DNA from: Bdellovibrionota bacterium
GTDB taxonomy: Bacteria; Bdellovibrionota; UBA1018; CAIPTA01; JAALKR01
DNA: 64,000 bases
Direction: 5' to 3'
NCBI GenBank assembly: GCA_965207455.1
Contig: CBDBMJ010000001.1
Location: 1,280,001-1,344,000, forward strand
Part shown: piece after piece, positions 29,855 to 40,300 of the stretch
How the letters are laid out: every line of letters begins with the position of its first letter
Numbering within the stretch: position 1 is the first letter of the stretch
Made by a program: the position numbers and the translations under genes
The notes under the pieces: model-generated
The model's input: the letters and a program-made list of their open reading frames with translations, nothing else
Databases searched by the model: none
What the model was told of the DNA's origin: nothing

Positions 29855-30817
29855 TCATCCCTTCAATTCTTCTTCCTTTGGCGGCTTTGGTTGCTTGGGT
29901 TGGATGCGATTACGAAACTGAAACCACAAATCAAAAAACCCAAAGCAAACAATCATCGGGGCTAGGAAAAGTAAACCTATACCATAAATAAGCACCCTGA
30001 TGGGAGCAGCCAAACGAAATATATCCAAAAAATAGGCCAAAATACTCATACCATGGAATAAATAAAGAACAATAAATACCTTTACTAGGTTATTTCCAAG
30101 CACCATGTAGGGTTCTGGAGCGAAAATCATCAGCGCTAGGCAGATCAAGCAGGGCCAGACTAGCCACTCAGGGGTGGACCAGCGCCTAAGAAAATCCCGG
30201 GGTACTCCTATACGCTGTTGAAAATTTTGGGGATTCCAGGACAGGAGAATAATAATGGGAGCAGAGCACAGGATTAAGACCAACGTCAACAATATCCCTG
30301 GGCTTTCCCGTAAAACAAGGTTGGGTTCTTTGAGAAGTTTTTCAATATCTGCTCGAGAGGCGTCGGTAAGGGCAGCCTTATTTTCTTCCAGCGCTCCCTT
30401 GGCAATGCCCTGAATAACGATAGTGGCCTTGGCCTGGATCTTTTCTATGGATCCGCCTTGCTGCAACCACAGGGAAAATGCCCCTCCAAGGCTAAAAAGC
30501 ACCAATAGTATCGCCAAACCAACCGACTTCTCCACCGTATACTTTTTATCTAAACCCAACCCTATCGCTAAGGCAGGCAAAGGACCCAAGATAAGATAGG
30601 AGAGAGATAGACCGGGGCCAGCAATGATACTACAAACCAAAAAACCAATCGGTATAGAAGCATATGCCCACAGGCGACTGTTCCCAAATGCTCCCCGATA
30701 GAGATAAAAGATAGGCACGGGAGTGAAAATAGTAAGAATAGTGGAAGTAAAGAAAAAGGAAGCCAATAGGCAAAGGGCAAGGTTAAATGCCCAAAAACTG
30801 TGCTCCCGCTGGATCAT
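29855..30817 (-). CDS. DUF2232/YybS-like membrane protein
   Basis: Multi-TM; C-terminal GFFDLWFQFR; typical position before rplI. Confidence 0.85.
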   Translation of the reverse strand: MIQREHSFWAFNLALCLLASFFFTSTILTIFTPVPIFYLYRGAFGNSRLWAYASIPIGFLVCSIIAGPGLSLSYLILGPLPALAIGLGLDKKYTVEKSVGLAILLVLFSLGGAFSLWLQQGGSIEKIQAKATIVIQGIAKGALEENKAALTDASRADIEKLLKEPNLVLRESPGILLTLVLILCSAPIIILLSWNPQNFQQRIGVPRDFLRRWSTPEWLVWPCLICLALMIFAPEPYMVLGNNLVKVFIVLYLFHGMSILAYFLDIFRLAAPIRVLIYGIGLLFLAPMIVCFGFFDLWFQFRNRIQPKQPKPPKEEELKG

Positions 30818-31284
30818 TCCTTAGGCGAGTACTCCTCAGACTTTGACTCTGATTGTGGCTCTGGCTTTGACTCTGATTGTGGCTCTGGCTCTGACCTTGG
30901 ACTCTTGGCTGGTCTTACATCAGTTACCGACGCACTCAGCGATGGTTTCATTATGGGTGTTGGGCCTTTCAAACTTTTTATGTCCTCTGGACTAACTCCG
31001 TCGTTCACACGAACACTCATATAGAGCGTTATGTTTTCGTCGATACCCAAATTCCGCTCCAGCTCTGCCACTGCTCCCGTATCTCCCGTATAAGCGAAAT
31101 ACTGGTAGTGACTCCTTAGCTCATTTTTTATCCTAACGGCCAGCTTGCGCTTTCCCCAGATCTCGTAACAAAGAAGCTCTCCGTCGTGTTTTTTGAGGAT
31201 GTCCTCCACTTTGCTGCGAACAGCATTATGGACCTCCTCAGTACTAGATAGTTTCGTAATGACAGTTGTCTCGTAACCAGGCAT
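30814..31284 (-). CDS. rpsF: 30S ribosomal protein S6 with low-complexity C-terminal tail
   Basis: YETTVI, WGKRKLA..I, AELERNL; AAGGAG RBS. Confidence 0.93.
   Translation of the reverse strand: MPGYETTVITKLSSTEEVHNAVRSKVEDILKKHDGELLCYEIWGKRKLAVRIKNELRSHYQYFAYTGDTGAVAELERNLGIDENITLYMSVRVNDGVSPEDIKSLKGPTPIMKPSLSASVTDVRPAKSPRSEPEPQSESKPEPQSESKSEEYSPKE
30841..30888. repeat. Perfect 24-bp tandem repeat x2 in the rpsF tail
   Basis: ctttgactctgattgtggctctgg twice (PEPQSESK x2). Confidence 0.95.
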
Positions 31285-31404
31285 ACTTTTTTCTCCTTCA
31301 GGTGCTATTTCTACCACATAGCATTTATTTATCAAAGTCGGAATTCTTGAATCGGAGAGAAAAATCGTCTATCTTGGATAAATATATGGAACTAAAGCAA
31401 TTAT

Positions 31405-32835
31405 ATGAGGATTTTTGTGCCTGATACGGTCCATTACAACGCAGCCATCCTAGCCGCAGGCAAAGGCACCCGCATGAAAAATGACCTGCCCAAGTGCCTA
31501 GCCCCACTAGCAGGTCGACCCATGCTTTTCCATATTACCGATGTTTTACTCCAGACCCCCTCCTGTGAGCAGATTTGCTTTGTGCTGGGCTTTGGAACCC
31601 AAACCGTCGCCCAAGAAATAGAGTCATGGAAACTGCCCAACCTACGGGAACGCACCCTCCTTGCCATACAAAAGGATCAAAAGGGCACAGGGGATGCGGT
31701 TGGCTGCGCCTATGATGCCCTATCGTCGAAAAAAAAACCGTGGCCCATCGTAATTCTGAGCGCAGACACTCCTCTCGTCACAAAAGAAGTTCTCCAGAAC
31801 CTACTCCACCGACACAAAAAACAAAACGCCCACCTCACCGTGGGAACCATGACCGTTTCCAACCCCACTGGCTATGGCAGGATTTTTGAAGTGGACGGTT
31901 GTGTGAGTGCCATTGTGGAGGAACGGGAAGCTAGCCCCAAGGAAAAGGAAATATCCACCGTCAACGGCGGCATCTATGTGGTAGAACCTGACTTTCTACA
32001 GGAATTCCTTCCCAAACTCAAAGCCAGTAAACAAACGGGGGAAATTTATTTTACGGACACCATTGCTCTGGGTAGCAAGGCAGGTAAAAAAATTGTGGGC
32101 ATGGACATATCTGAAGAATACTTAATGGGGGTAAATACAATGGAACAACTAGAAGAAGCAAATCGAGAAATTCGTATGCGTATAGTAAGAGAGTGGCTGG
32201 AAAAAGGAGTAAATATTTTGGATATAAACCATACCTATATGGACGCCACCGTAGAGTGCTCCCCAGGAGCCACCATCGAACCCAATACGTATATCTACGG
32301 AAAGACGAAGCTAGGAAAGGATGTGCATATTGAATCGGGAGTGCGACTAGAAAATGTGAGTGTGGGAGCAGGAACCCATATACGCGCCAATAGCTATTTG
32401 CGGGATTGCACCGTGGGAGAAAATGTGGTGTTAGGACCCATGGCCCATATTCGACCTGGAACCACCGTCGGTAAAAATGCAAAGATAGGAAATTTTGTGG
32501 AGCTGAAAAAATCCCATATTGGAAACAATGTGAAAATCAGTCACCTTTCTTATGTGGGGGATACCCAAGTGGGCGACGGCTCCAACCTCAGTTGTGGTTT
32601 TATTACCTGTAATTTCGACGGAGTAAAGAAACACAAAACAACGATCGGAGAAAATGTATTTATTGGCAGTGACGTGCAAACCATTGCTCCCATAACTATT
32701 GAAGATAATGCCTATATCGCCGCTGGTAGCACCATTCATAAAGATGTTTCCCAAGGCGACTTTGCCATTGCCCGATCCCAACAAACGAACAAAGAAGGCA
32801 TGGCTAAGCGATTCTTGGCCAGAAAGAAATCCTAG
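31405..32835 (+). CDS. glmU: Bifunctional UDP-GlcNAc pyrophosphorylase/glucosamine-1-P acetyltransferase
   Basis: ILAAGKGTRMK, GYGRI, hexapeptide repeats, GNFVELK, HLSYVGD. Confidence 0.97.
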   Translation: MRIFVPDTVHYNAAILAAGKGTRMKNDLPKCLAPLAGRPMLFHITDVLLQTPSCEQICFVLGFGTQTVAQEIESWKLPNLRERTLLAIQKDQKGTGDAVGCAYDALSSKKKPWPIVILSADTPLVTKEVLQNLLHRHKKQNAHLTVGTMTVSNPTGYGRIFEVDGCVSAIVEEREASPKEKEISTVNGGIYVVEPDFLQEFLPKLKASKQTGEIYFTDTIALGSKAGKKIVGMDISEEYLMGVNTMEQLEEANREIRMRIVREWLEKGVNILDINHTYMDATVECSPGATIEPNTYIYGKTKLGKDVHIESGVRLENVSVGAGTHIRANSYLRDCTVGENVVLGPMAHIRPGTTVGKNAKIGNFVELKKSHIGNNVKISHLSYVGDTQVGDGSNLSCGFITCNFDGVKKHKTTIGENVFIGSDVQTIAPITIEDNAYIAAGSTIHKDVSQGDFAIARSQQTNKEGMAKRFLARKKS

Positions 32836-32839
32836 TTCT

Positions 32840-34688
32840 ATGTGTGGAATTGTAGGCTATGTGGGAAAAAAACAAGCGCTGGATATTTTGTATACAGGGC
32901 TGGAGCGATTGGCGTATAGAGGCTACGACTCTTCTGGCATTGCTCTTATGGATAATAGGACAAACCAAACTCACCTCGCAAAAACACCGGGAAAGTTAGA
33001 GGAGCTGAAAAAGCATTTAAGCACCCTGGAGGGATCTTGGAAAGACAACAGCACAACGGGAATTGCCCATACCCGCTGGGCCACCCATGGAGAATCCACT
33101 CAAGCCAATGCCCATCCCCACAGGTCTGGATCCATCACCATCGTACATAACGGTATTATTGAAAACGCCCGAACGCTAAAAAAATCTCCATGCCTCTCCG
33201 ATACAGACAGCGAGGTGTTTGCCCACATGGTAGCTGAAAAATGTGCAAAAGGAGTGCCTCTTTTAAAAGCCGTAACTTCTTGTTTTTTGCAGTTGGAGGG
33301 AAACTCCGCTTTTTTAGTAATGGACCACAATAATCCCAAAACCATTATTGCCATTCGCAAAGGATCCTCCCCCCTTGTTCTAGGAAAGGGCAACGGAGAA
33401 ACATTGGTAGCAAGCGACACTCCCCCCATCCTCAACCACACTCGCGAAGTATACTTCTTAGAAGAAAACGAAGTGGCTGTGCTCACCCCTGATGGATTCC
33501 AAGTTTTTAATCTACGGGATCAAAAAGAGAAGAAAGGTTTCCCTGGAGACTATCGACTGGGAAGTGGACTCCATGAACAAAAAAGGGTTTCCCCACTTTA
33601 TGCTAAAAGAAATCCACGAACAACCCGACGTTCTTCGACAAACCCTCCAGGGCTGGCTCCACCCCGACGGTAAACAATTGCAATTAAATATAAAAGACAT
33701 GTCCAAAGCAAAAAGCATTCTTCAAAAGGCCTCCACCATACACCTCATTGCCTGCGGCTCCGCCTGGCACAGCACCCTCTACGGCAAAATACTCTTGGAG
33801 CGATTTGCAAGAGTGCCCGTAAACTGCGAACTAGCCCATGAGTTCCGTTACCGCAACCCTGCCCTACAGGATTCCCACCTAGGCATTGTGGTAAGCCAAT
33901 CCGGAGAAACAGCGGACACCCTCGCCGCAGTAAAACTTATGCAAAGCCAGGGCATGGTGGTTTTTTGCATTACTAATGTTCGCGGCTCCTCTATCGACCG
34001 CGCCTGTGACGGCACTTTTCTTATGAAAGCCGGCCTGGAGATAGGCGTGGCCAGCACAAAAGCTCTATGTGCCATGCTTGCCACTTTTGTGACCCTATCC
34101 ATTGTTATGGGTCGCATTCGCAATACGGTCACACAGAGAGAGGAAATACTGTGGAGACAAGCTATTAACCAACTTCCTGCCCAAGTGGAAAAAGCCCTCA
34201 GCCAAACAGACTATAAAAAACTTTCAGAGAAATTTGGCTCCATAAAAGGCTATATTTTTATTGGCAGGGACGTCTACTTCCCCTTGGCCCTAGAGGGTGC
34301 TTTGAAAATTAAAGAAATCGCCTACGTACACGCCGAAGGATTTGCCGGCGGTGAACTCAAGCACGGTCCCCTCGCCCTCGTAGACGAAAACATGCTGGTG
34401 ATTGTACTCGCACCTCAACCCAAAGACCCCACCCACACAAAAATTCTCAGCAACGGTGAAGAAGCCCACGCGCGTGGTGGAAAAATATTCGGCATCGGCA
34501 GCGAAAAAGACGAAGCACTATCTACCCTAAGCGATTTTTTTATCGGTCTGCCTTATGGACCCCTCAAAGAACTCAACGCCATTATATCCCTAATCCCACT
34601 GCAACTACTTTCCTACTACCACGCCAAGGCCAATGGATATCCCATCGACCAACCTAGAAATTTAGCAAAAAGTGTGACAGTGGAATAA
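32840..34688 (+). CDS. glmS: Glutamine--fructose-6-phosphate aminotransferase with one apparent +1 frameshift at ~33521-33540 (likely sequencing error)
   Basis: MCGIVG, YRGYDSSG and HTRWATHG in one frame; MLKEIHEQP, SQSGETADT, ELKHGP and PRNLAKSVTVE in the next frame. Confidence 0.95.
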
Positions 34689-34691
34689 CTA

Positions 34692-35108
34692 TCAATACTT
34701 TTGCTTTTCTGGAATAACCCCACGAACACCACCTCTGGGATCCAACATATCACCGTTTCGTCGAGGAATTAAATGAATGTGACAGTGCTGTATTGTTTGT
34801 CCCGCATCCTTGCCACTATTAATACCAACATTAAATCCAGAAACCGTTTTATCTGAATTTTTAATCTCGTCTTTCGCACCAGCCATTAAAAAATGAACCG
34901 CGTTTATTTCAGGTTGGTAGAGTGCAAAGTAGTCAGAGACGTGTCGCTTGGGAATTATAAGCGTGTGGTGTTTGGTCACGGGAAAAGCATCTCGAACGGC
35001 ATAACAAAGCTCATTCTCTGTGATAATACGAGGCTTATCTATCTCACAAAAAAGACAATCTTTTTCCCGCTCCTTATAGCTTTCCACCACTCCTCTAAGG
35101 AATAGCAC
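34692..35108 (-). CDS. HIT-family nucleotide hydrolase (possibly 5'-truncated)
   Basis: CLFC, D.FPVTKHHTLIIPKRH, GFNVGIN.GKDAGQTIQHCHIHLIPRR.GD..DPRGGVRGVIP. Confidence 0.9.
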   Translation of the reverse strand: MLFLRGVVESYKEREKDCLFCEIDKPRIITENELCYAVRDAFPVTKHHTLIIPKRHVSDYFALYQPEINAVHFLMAGAKDEIKNSDKTVSGFNVGINSGKDAGQTIQHCHIHLIPRRNGDMLDPRGGVRGVIPEKQKY

Positions 35109-35277
35109 AATGCTTGGAGAGTGGAAATTAGGAAAAATAAAAATCGCGTCGCATTACCTCCCCCTCTCTGACCATAAGAGTTATGATTTATAGAAGTTCT
35201 TACAAACAGTATTAAATGTGACGCTGGAACAGATTTATTATACTATTGACTCAAGAAAGTTTTAGGGGAATATCTCG

Positions 35278-36393
35278 GTGATCTATTTTGACAATAATTC
35301 CACAACTAAGTTTTCGCCAAGTGTTGTTCGCTACTTGCAGGAGGATTGCAGTGCGGACTGGGGAAATGCATCGTCTGAGCATTTATTTGGTCAAAATTTA
35401 AAAAAAATCATTGAAGAAGATCGAAGCTATATTTCCAACTTTCTTGACGTATCAAAAAATACTCTTTTATTTACAAGCGGTGCTACAGAATCCATTAATA
35501 GCATTATCCATCCTATTTTTTTCAATGCGAATAAAATAGGCACAATCATTAGTTCCAAGATAGAGCATGAGGCAACACTTGCTGCCATAGACCGATTAGG
35601 GAAAGCTGGCATTACTGTTCTATGGGTTGAAAATGACAAAAATGGAATGATTATTGAAAGAGATTTAGAGCGACTGGTTCGGGAAAATCCCCATGCCCTT
35701 GTTTCCCTATTATATGCAAATAATGAAACAGGCGTGGTGCAAAATGCTAGGAAGATTGTGGAAATTTGTAAGGAATATGGATGCCTCATTCACTTAGACT
35801 CTGCCCAAATGCTGGGCAAGGGTGAACTCAATCTTTCTGATCTAAACCTAGATTTCGCAAGTTTTTCTGCCCATAAAATAGGGGGCTTAAAGGGTATGGG
35901 GCTATTGTATGTAAAAAATCCAGATAATTTTGTCCCCTTTATTCTAGGTGGTGGACAGGAGCAAGGTCTAAGGGGGGGAACATATAATCTAAATGGAATT
36001 AGAAGCTTTCGGCTGGCTCTAGAGGATGCCCAAAAATGGCGTGTAAAAAATATCAAGGAATTACGAGATAGTTTTGAGAGGCAAGTACTAGAGATTAGTG
36101 ATGGAATTATTATTAACTGTCAGGACTCGGATCGTATTTGTAATACAAGCAATGTCTTTTTTCCAAATATACCAAGTCAGGCAGTGGTTTTAGAGCTATC
36201 GAGAAATGATATTTGTGCCTCAACGGGGTCAGCTTGCAATTCAGGAACTGCTGATCCAAGCCATGTGATACAGGGGCTTGACTTGAGTAAGGAATATGCT
36301 GCATCGTGCCTTCGCTTCTCCCTTGCAGATTTTAATACCCATGATGAGATTAATCAGACTGTGAGAATTTTGAAAAAAATTATTTCCAAATAG
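35278..36393 (+). CDS. Cysteine desulfurase (SspA/DndA/IscS-like)
   Basis: IYFDNNSTT, FTSGATES, ANNETG, SAHK (PLP Lys), STGSACNSG (catalytic Cys). Confidence 0.93.
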   Translation: MIYFDNNSTTKFSPSVVRYLQEDCSADWGNASSEHLFGQNLKKIIEEDRSYISNFLDVSKNTLLFTSGATESINSIIHPIFFNANKIGTIISSKIEHEATLAAIDRLGKAGITVLWVENDKNGMIIERDLERLVRENPHALVSLLYANNETGVVQNARKIVEICKEYGCLIHLDSAQMLGKGELNLSDLNLDFASFSAHKIGGLKGMGLLYVKNPDNFVPFILGGGQEQGLRGGTYNLNGIRSFRLALEDAQKWRVKNIKELRDSFERQVLEISDGIIINCQDSDRICNTSNVFFPNIPSQAVVLELSRNDICASTGSACNSGTADPSHVIQGLDLSKEYAASCLRFSLADFNTHDEINQTVRILKKIISK

Positions 36394-36455
36394 CCCGGCA
36401 AGAGACAAAATAATGCTATACATTGAACCGTAATATAATATAAACTGTAGATTGG

Positions 36456-36491
36456 TTAAACTTTAACTATTTACTATTAACTAAAGTTTAA
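36456..36491. promoter_or_regulatory. Inverted repeat (candidate operator) just upstream of the DUF4007 gene
   Basis: TTAAACTTTA-N16-TAAAGTTTAA, perfect 10-bp arms. Confidence 0.4.
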
Positions 36492-36502
36492 TTGAAACAA
36501 GG

Positions 36503-37372
36503 GTGTGTGTGGTGAAATTTGGTGGTCATGAAACGTTTCATTTGCGAGACAGTTGGACGTTCAAGGGATTAAAAATGCTAGATGAGCAGGGCGACCTGTT
36601 TCATAACTCTGAAAAATCCATTGAGTTGTTGGGTGTGGGCACTAATATGGTTAAATCCATACGACACTGGTTGATCGCCACAGAGCTTGCTGAAATCAAA
36701 AACGGAGAATTAAACTTAAGTTCCATGGGTACTTTGCTTATGGCTCATGATCAATATTTCGACAGACTTGGCTCAGCATGGATTTTACATTATCTTCTAG
36801 CCTCTAATAAAGAAAGTGCCACCACCTGGTTTTGGTTTTTTAATAAATTTGGCATCAGTGAATTCACATCAGAATCTGCGGTTCATTATTTAGAGAACTA
36901 TTGCTCCTCTTTAAATAAAAGAGTAAATTCCAACACTTTAGTTAGAGACATCAATACATTGTTAAGAATGTATATAGAGCCTGAGTTTACAGGAAATCAA
37001 ACGCCTGAAGATAATAATATCTGCCCCTTATCCAAGCTTTCACTTATTCAGAAACAGAGGAATGGCACCTATAGAGTACATTCTCCTGACTTAGATGAAT
37101 TACCTGTTGAGATATTTGGATATTGTCTCATTCAATTTTGGATAAAAAAATTAAATAAAATCCCTGAATTTTCATTTGATGAGTTGATTAGCAAAGACAC
37201 CTCTCCTGTGAAGATTTTTTGTTTGAACAACGACAAAACAGTGGAGCTATTGAGCATTCTAGTTGAAAAATATCCCAAGCAATTCAGCTACCATAGAGCA
37301 GGGGGATTTTTTACCATCTCCATATATTCATCAAAAATTCAAAAATTATTAAATGCGTATTATGGAGAATAG
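36503..37372 (+). CDS. DUF4007 family protein (SspB-like)
   Basis: FGGHETFHLR.SW..KG, LGVGTNMVKSIRHW, W.LHY.LA...ATTWFWFFN, CPLSKL.LI. Confidence 0.9.
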   Translation: MCVVKFGGHETFHLRDSWTFKGLKMLDEQGDLFHNSEKSIELLGVGTNMVKSIRHWLIATELAEIKNGELNLSSMGTLLMAHDQYFDRLGSAWILHYLLASNKESATTWFWFFNKFGISEFTSESAVHYLENYCSSLNKRVNSNTLVRDINTLLRMYIEPEFTGNQTPEDNNICPLSKLSLIQKQRNGTYRVHSPDLDELPVEIFGYCLIQFWIKKLNKIPEFSFDELISKDTSPVKIFCLNNDKTVELLSILVEKYPKQFSYHRAGGFFTISIYSSKIQKLLNAYYGE

Positions 37373-37373
37373 T

Positions 37374-40300
37374 ATGACGAAGAAAAGAGTAAAACAAAAA
37401 TCCTTGTTTGACGATATCTTGATTAAGGTTGGAAAGAATTTCTCCAGATCCACTAGCTTAAAAATGGATTTTCAAGATAAAAGCTCCTTAAAGCATTTAA
37501 TTGTATCTGAAAAATTCCAAAAAAACTTCAACAGCATTTGTCCTTCATTTATAGATAACAATTCCAATCAAAGAGTTCATGTTATTTCAGGCACTCCTGG
37601 GGTTGGGAAATCTACTTTTGCCGTATTTCTAGCAAGATGTTTATCCAAAGGGAATAAAGGGAAACTGACCACAATTGTTGAACAGCAGGAAAAAATGCTC
37701 TCTGCTAAATTTACGAAAAACTATAAGCAAATAACTAAGGAAAACTACCTGCCCATATTTCTTAATGGAGATGAGGGAGAAATCGAAGATGCTTTTTACG
37801 AAGCACTAAAAGTTGCTTTTACAGAGCATGATCTTTCTCAGGATTTTGAAGGTTTAGCCCAAAAAAATTCAAATAATGCCTTTGGCGTTATTACTAATTG
37901 GAAAAAAAATTATCCATTAAAATTTGAAGAATTTAAGAAATTTGTTGATAGCAATTATGATGAAGGATATGAGAAATTCCAAAAATCATTGAAGAGAAAT
38001 CGAAGAAATGCTCAAAAATTCTTTTTTAAAGCATACAAGCAAATCACAGGAGGAGCAAGTATTGCCTCGTATCGACATGGACAGGTCATAGATTTATATA
38101 AAAATGCAGCTATCCTATTAAATAAGAAAAAGTTTTCAGGGATTTTTATCGCTTATGATGAATTTGGAAAGTACTTAGAGCGAGGGGTGAGACACCCCAA
38201 TGATTTTGACTTGCAGTTTTTGCAGGATATGGCAGAGTTATGCAATAAGGGACAAGAGTCACATATTCACTTGCTTCTAATAACACATTTGCCTATTTCC
38301 CAATATGCCACACAACTTCCAGCATCTATTCAGCAAGAATGGACGAAAATTGAGGGTAGATTCCAGCAGTCTTCGTTCAACAGTAGCTATGAATCAAGCT
38401 ATACAATTCTTGGTTCAGTATTTGAATCCAATATAAAAGCCGACAACCCCAGTGCATGGAAGAAAATTTCCGCACTTTCAAAAAAATGGGTAGATGTAAA
38501 TTCATCTACTCGTAATTTCCCTGACGTATTTAATACTAAGTATGTTGAGGAAATAATAAGCGAGAGTTTCCCTCTTCACCCTTCTGCATTTTGTTTACTG
38601 CCATTATTAAGTGAAAAAGTTGCGCAAAATGAAAGGACGATGTTTTCATTCCTAACAAGAGATGAGGATTCTTCTCTGCCTAGATTTCTAAAGAACAGTT
38701 TTCTTTCAACTGACCAACTAAACTATATTGGCCCTTTTGATTTATACAGTTATTTTAAGCAATTAATTGAAAATGACATGGCAATAGGTGGCGCCTATAA
38801 AATCGGACTCATAGTTAATGAAGTGTTGAACTCTCTAGATAGTTCTCAAAAATGCGAGAAAGATGTAATTTCACTACTGGGAATCGCAACAATTATCAAC
38901 AACAGATCTATTTTCAGAATTACATCAGAGTCCATACAAACCACTTTGTCTGGATTGTATAAAAGTGATGAAGTGGATAAATCCATTAAAACCCTAGAAA
39001 AATCCAAATCCATTATTTATGACCACACAAAATCTGAATATGTTCTTTTTGAAGGTTCTTCCATTGATATTGGAGAAGAGATTAACAAAGCAAGGCAAAC
39101 AAGACTAACAACTGCTGGCTACATTAATATTTTAAAGAAAAATTTCAATCTAAATTTCATAGTGCCCAAAAAATATAATTTTAAAAATGGAATTACTCGA
39201 TATTTCAGAGAAGAGGTCATTTCTATAGAAGAGCTGATGGCAAAAAAAATAGCCACAGACTATTCAAAAGAAGACGGGAAAGTCTATTACGTCATTCCAT
39301 TTACAAATAGCGACATGACGGCAATAAAAAATCATTTAGAAACATTGAATTTAAAATCCAGTGTTTTTGTACTTACAAACAAACCGCTGGAAATTGAGCG
39401 AGAATTATTAGAGCTACACGCAATAGAGGCTGTTTATTCTAAGAAAGAAATTCTATCCTCTGGACCAAAAGTAAAGAAAGAGCTCGATCATCATAGAGAT
39501 ACAGCTAAAGAAATAATAAAAAAATCTTTAAAGAAAGCCAGATCTAATGTGAATATGGATGTAACCGTCAATTATAAAGGCAAGGTTTTATCCAGTAGAG
39601 TTAATCAAATTCTAGATATTTCCAATTTTGTTTCAGATATATGCGAAGAAGAATACCATTCTTATCCTGTTTTTTACAATGAAATGATCAATAAAGCCAA
39701 GGCAAGTACTCCCATAATTCAAGGTAGAATTAGACTGATATCTGCTTTTGACAAGTGCCATTTAAACCGGTATGGAATTGAAGGAGGAGGCCCTGACTTT
39801 TCACTGTACAAGTCACTTTTAAAATCCAACTCCTTTTCTTTTGATACAAACAATGACGGTACTAAGACTATCAATGGCCTTAAGAAAAATAGTACTTTAA
39901 TTCCGCTCTTTGAAGATTTTCTTGCTTTTTTGAAAGAGTCGGAGCAGACCACTATATCCATGGAGACATTAATAGAGAGATGGAGAAAACCACCTTTTGG
40001 CATAAGAGTTCCTTTAATTCCACTTTATATGAATTTATTTTCTCGCATGACTTCCTCTCCAATAAGTTATTTCCATGACGATGTATTTGTAGGAAAGCTA
40101 GATATTGAATTATTTGAAAACTTGATTAAACAGCCCAAAAAATACTCTCTACGAATGCTCCATTTAGATAAAAAAAGAATGGACTTTTTGAAAAGAATTG
40201 GAAATGCTTTTGCCAAAAATATTCCTTATAAATTCAACACCGATAACCTTGATTTTCTGAAAACAGCAAAAATCATTTCAACCTATTATAGCTTAATTCC

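Noticed and set aside
32699..32839. glmS ribozyme or N-terminal extension of GlmS
   Set aside because: glmU ends 4 nt before the MCGIVG start, and GlmS needs an N-terminal Cys.
33500..33545. Programmed ribosomal frameshift or natural split of glmS
   Set aside because: It needs a +1 correction, no stimulatory structure is evident, and similar indels occur in unrelated genes; assembly error is more parsimonious.
35278..36393. Housekeeping iscS/nifS
   Set aside because: No iscU/iscR/mnmA neighbours; it lies in the AT-rich island directly before DUF4007.
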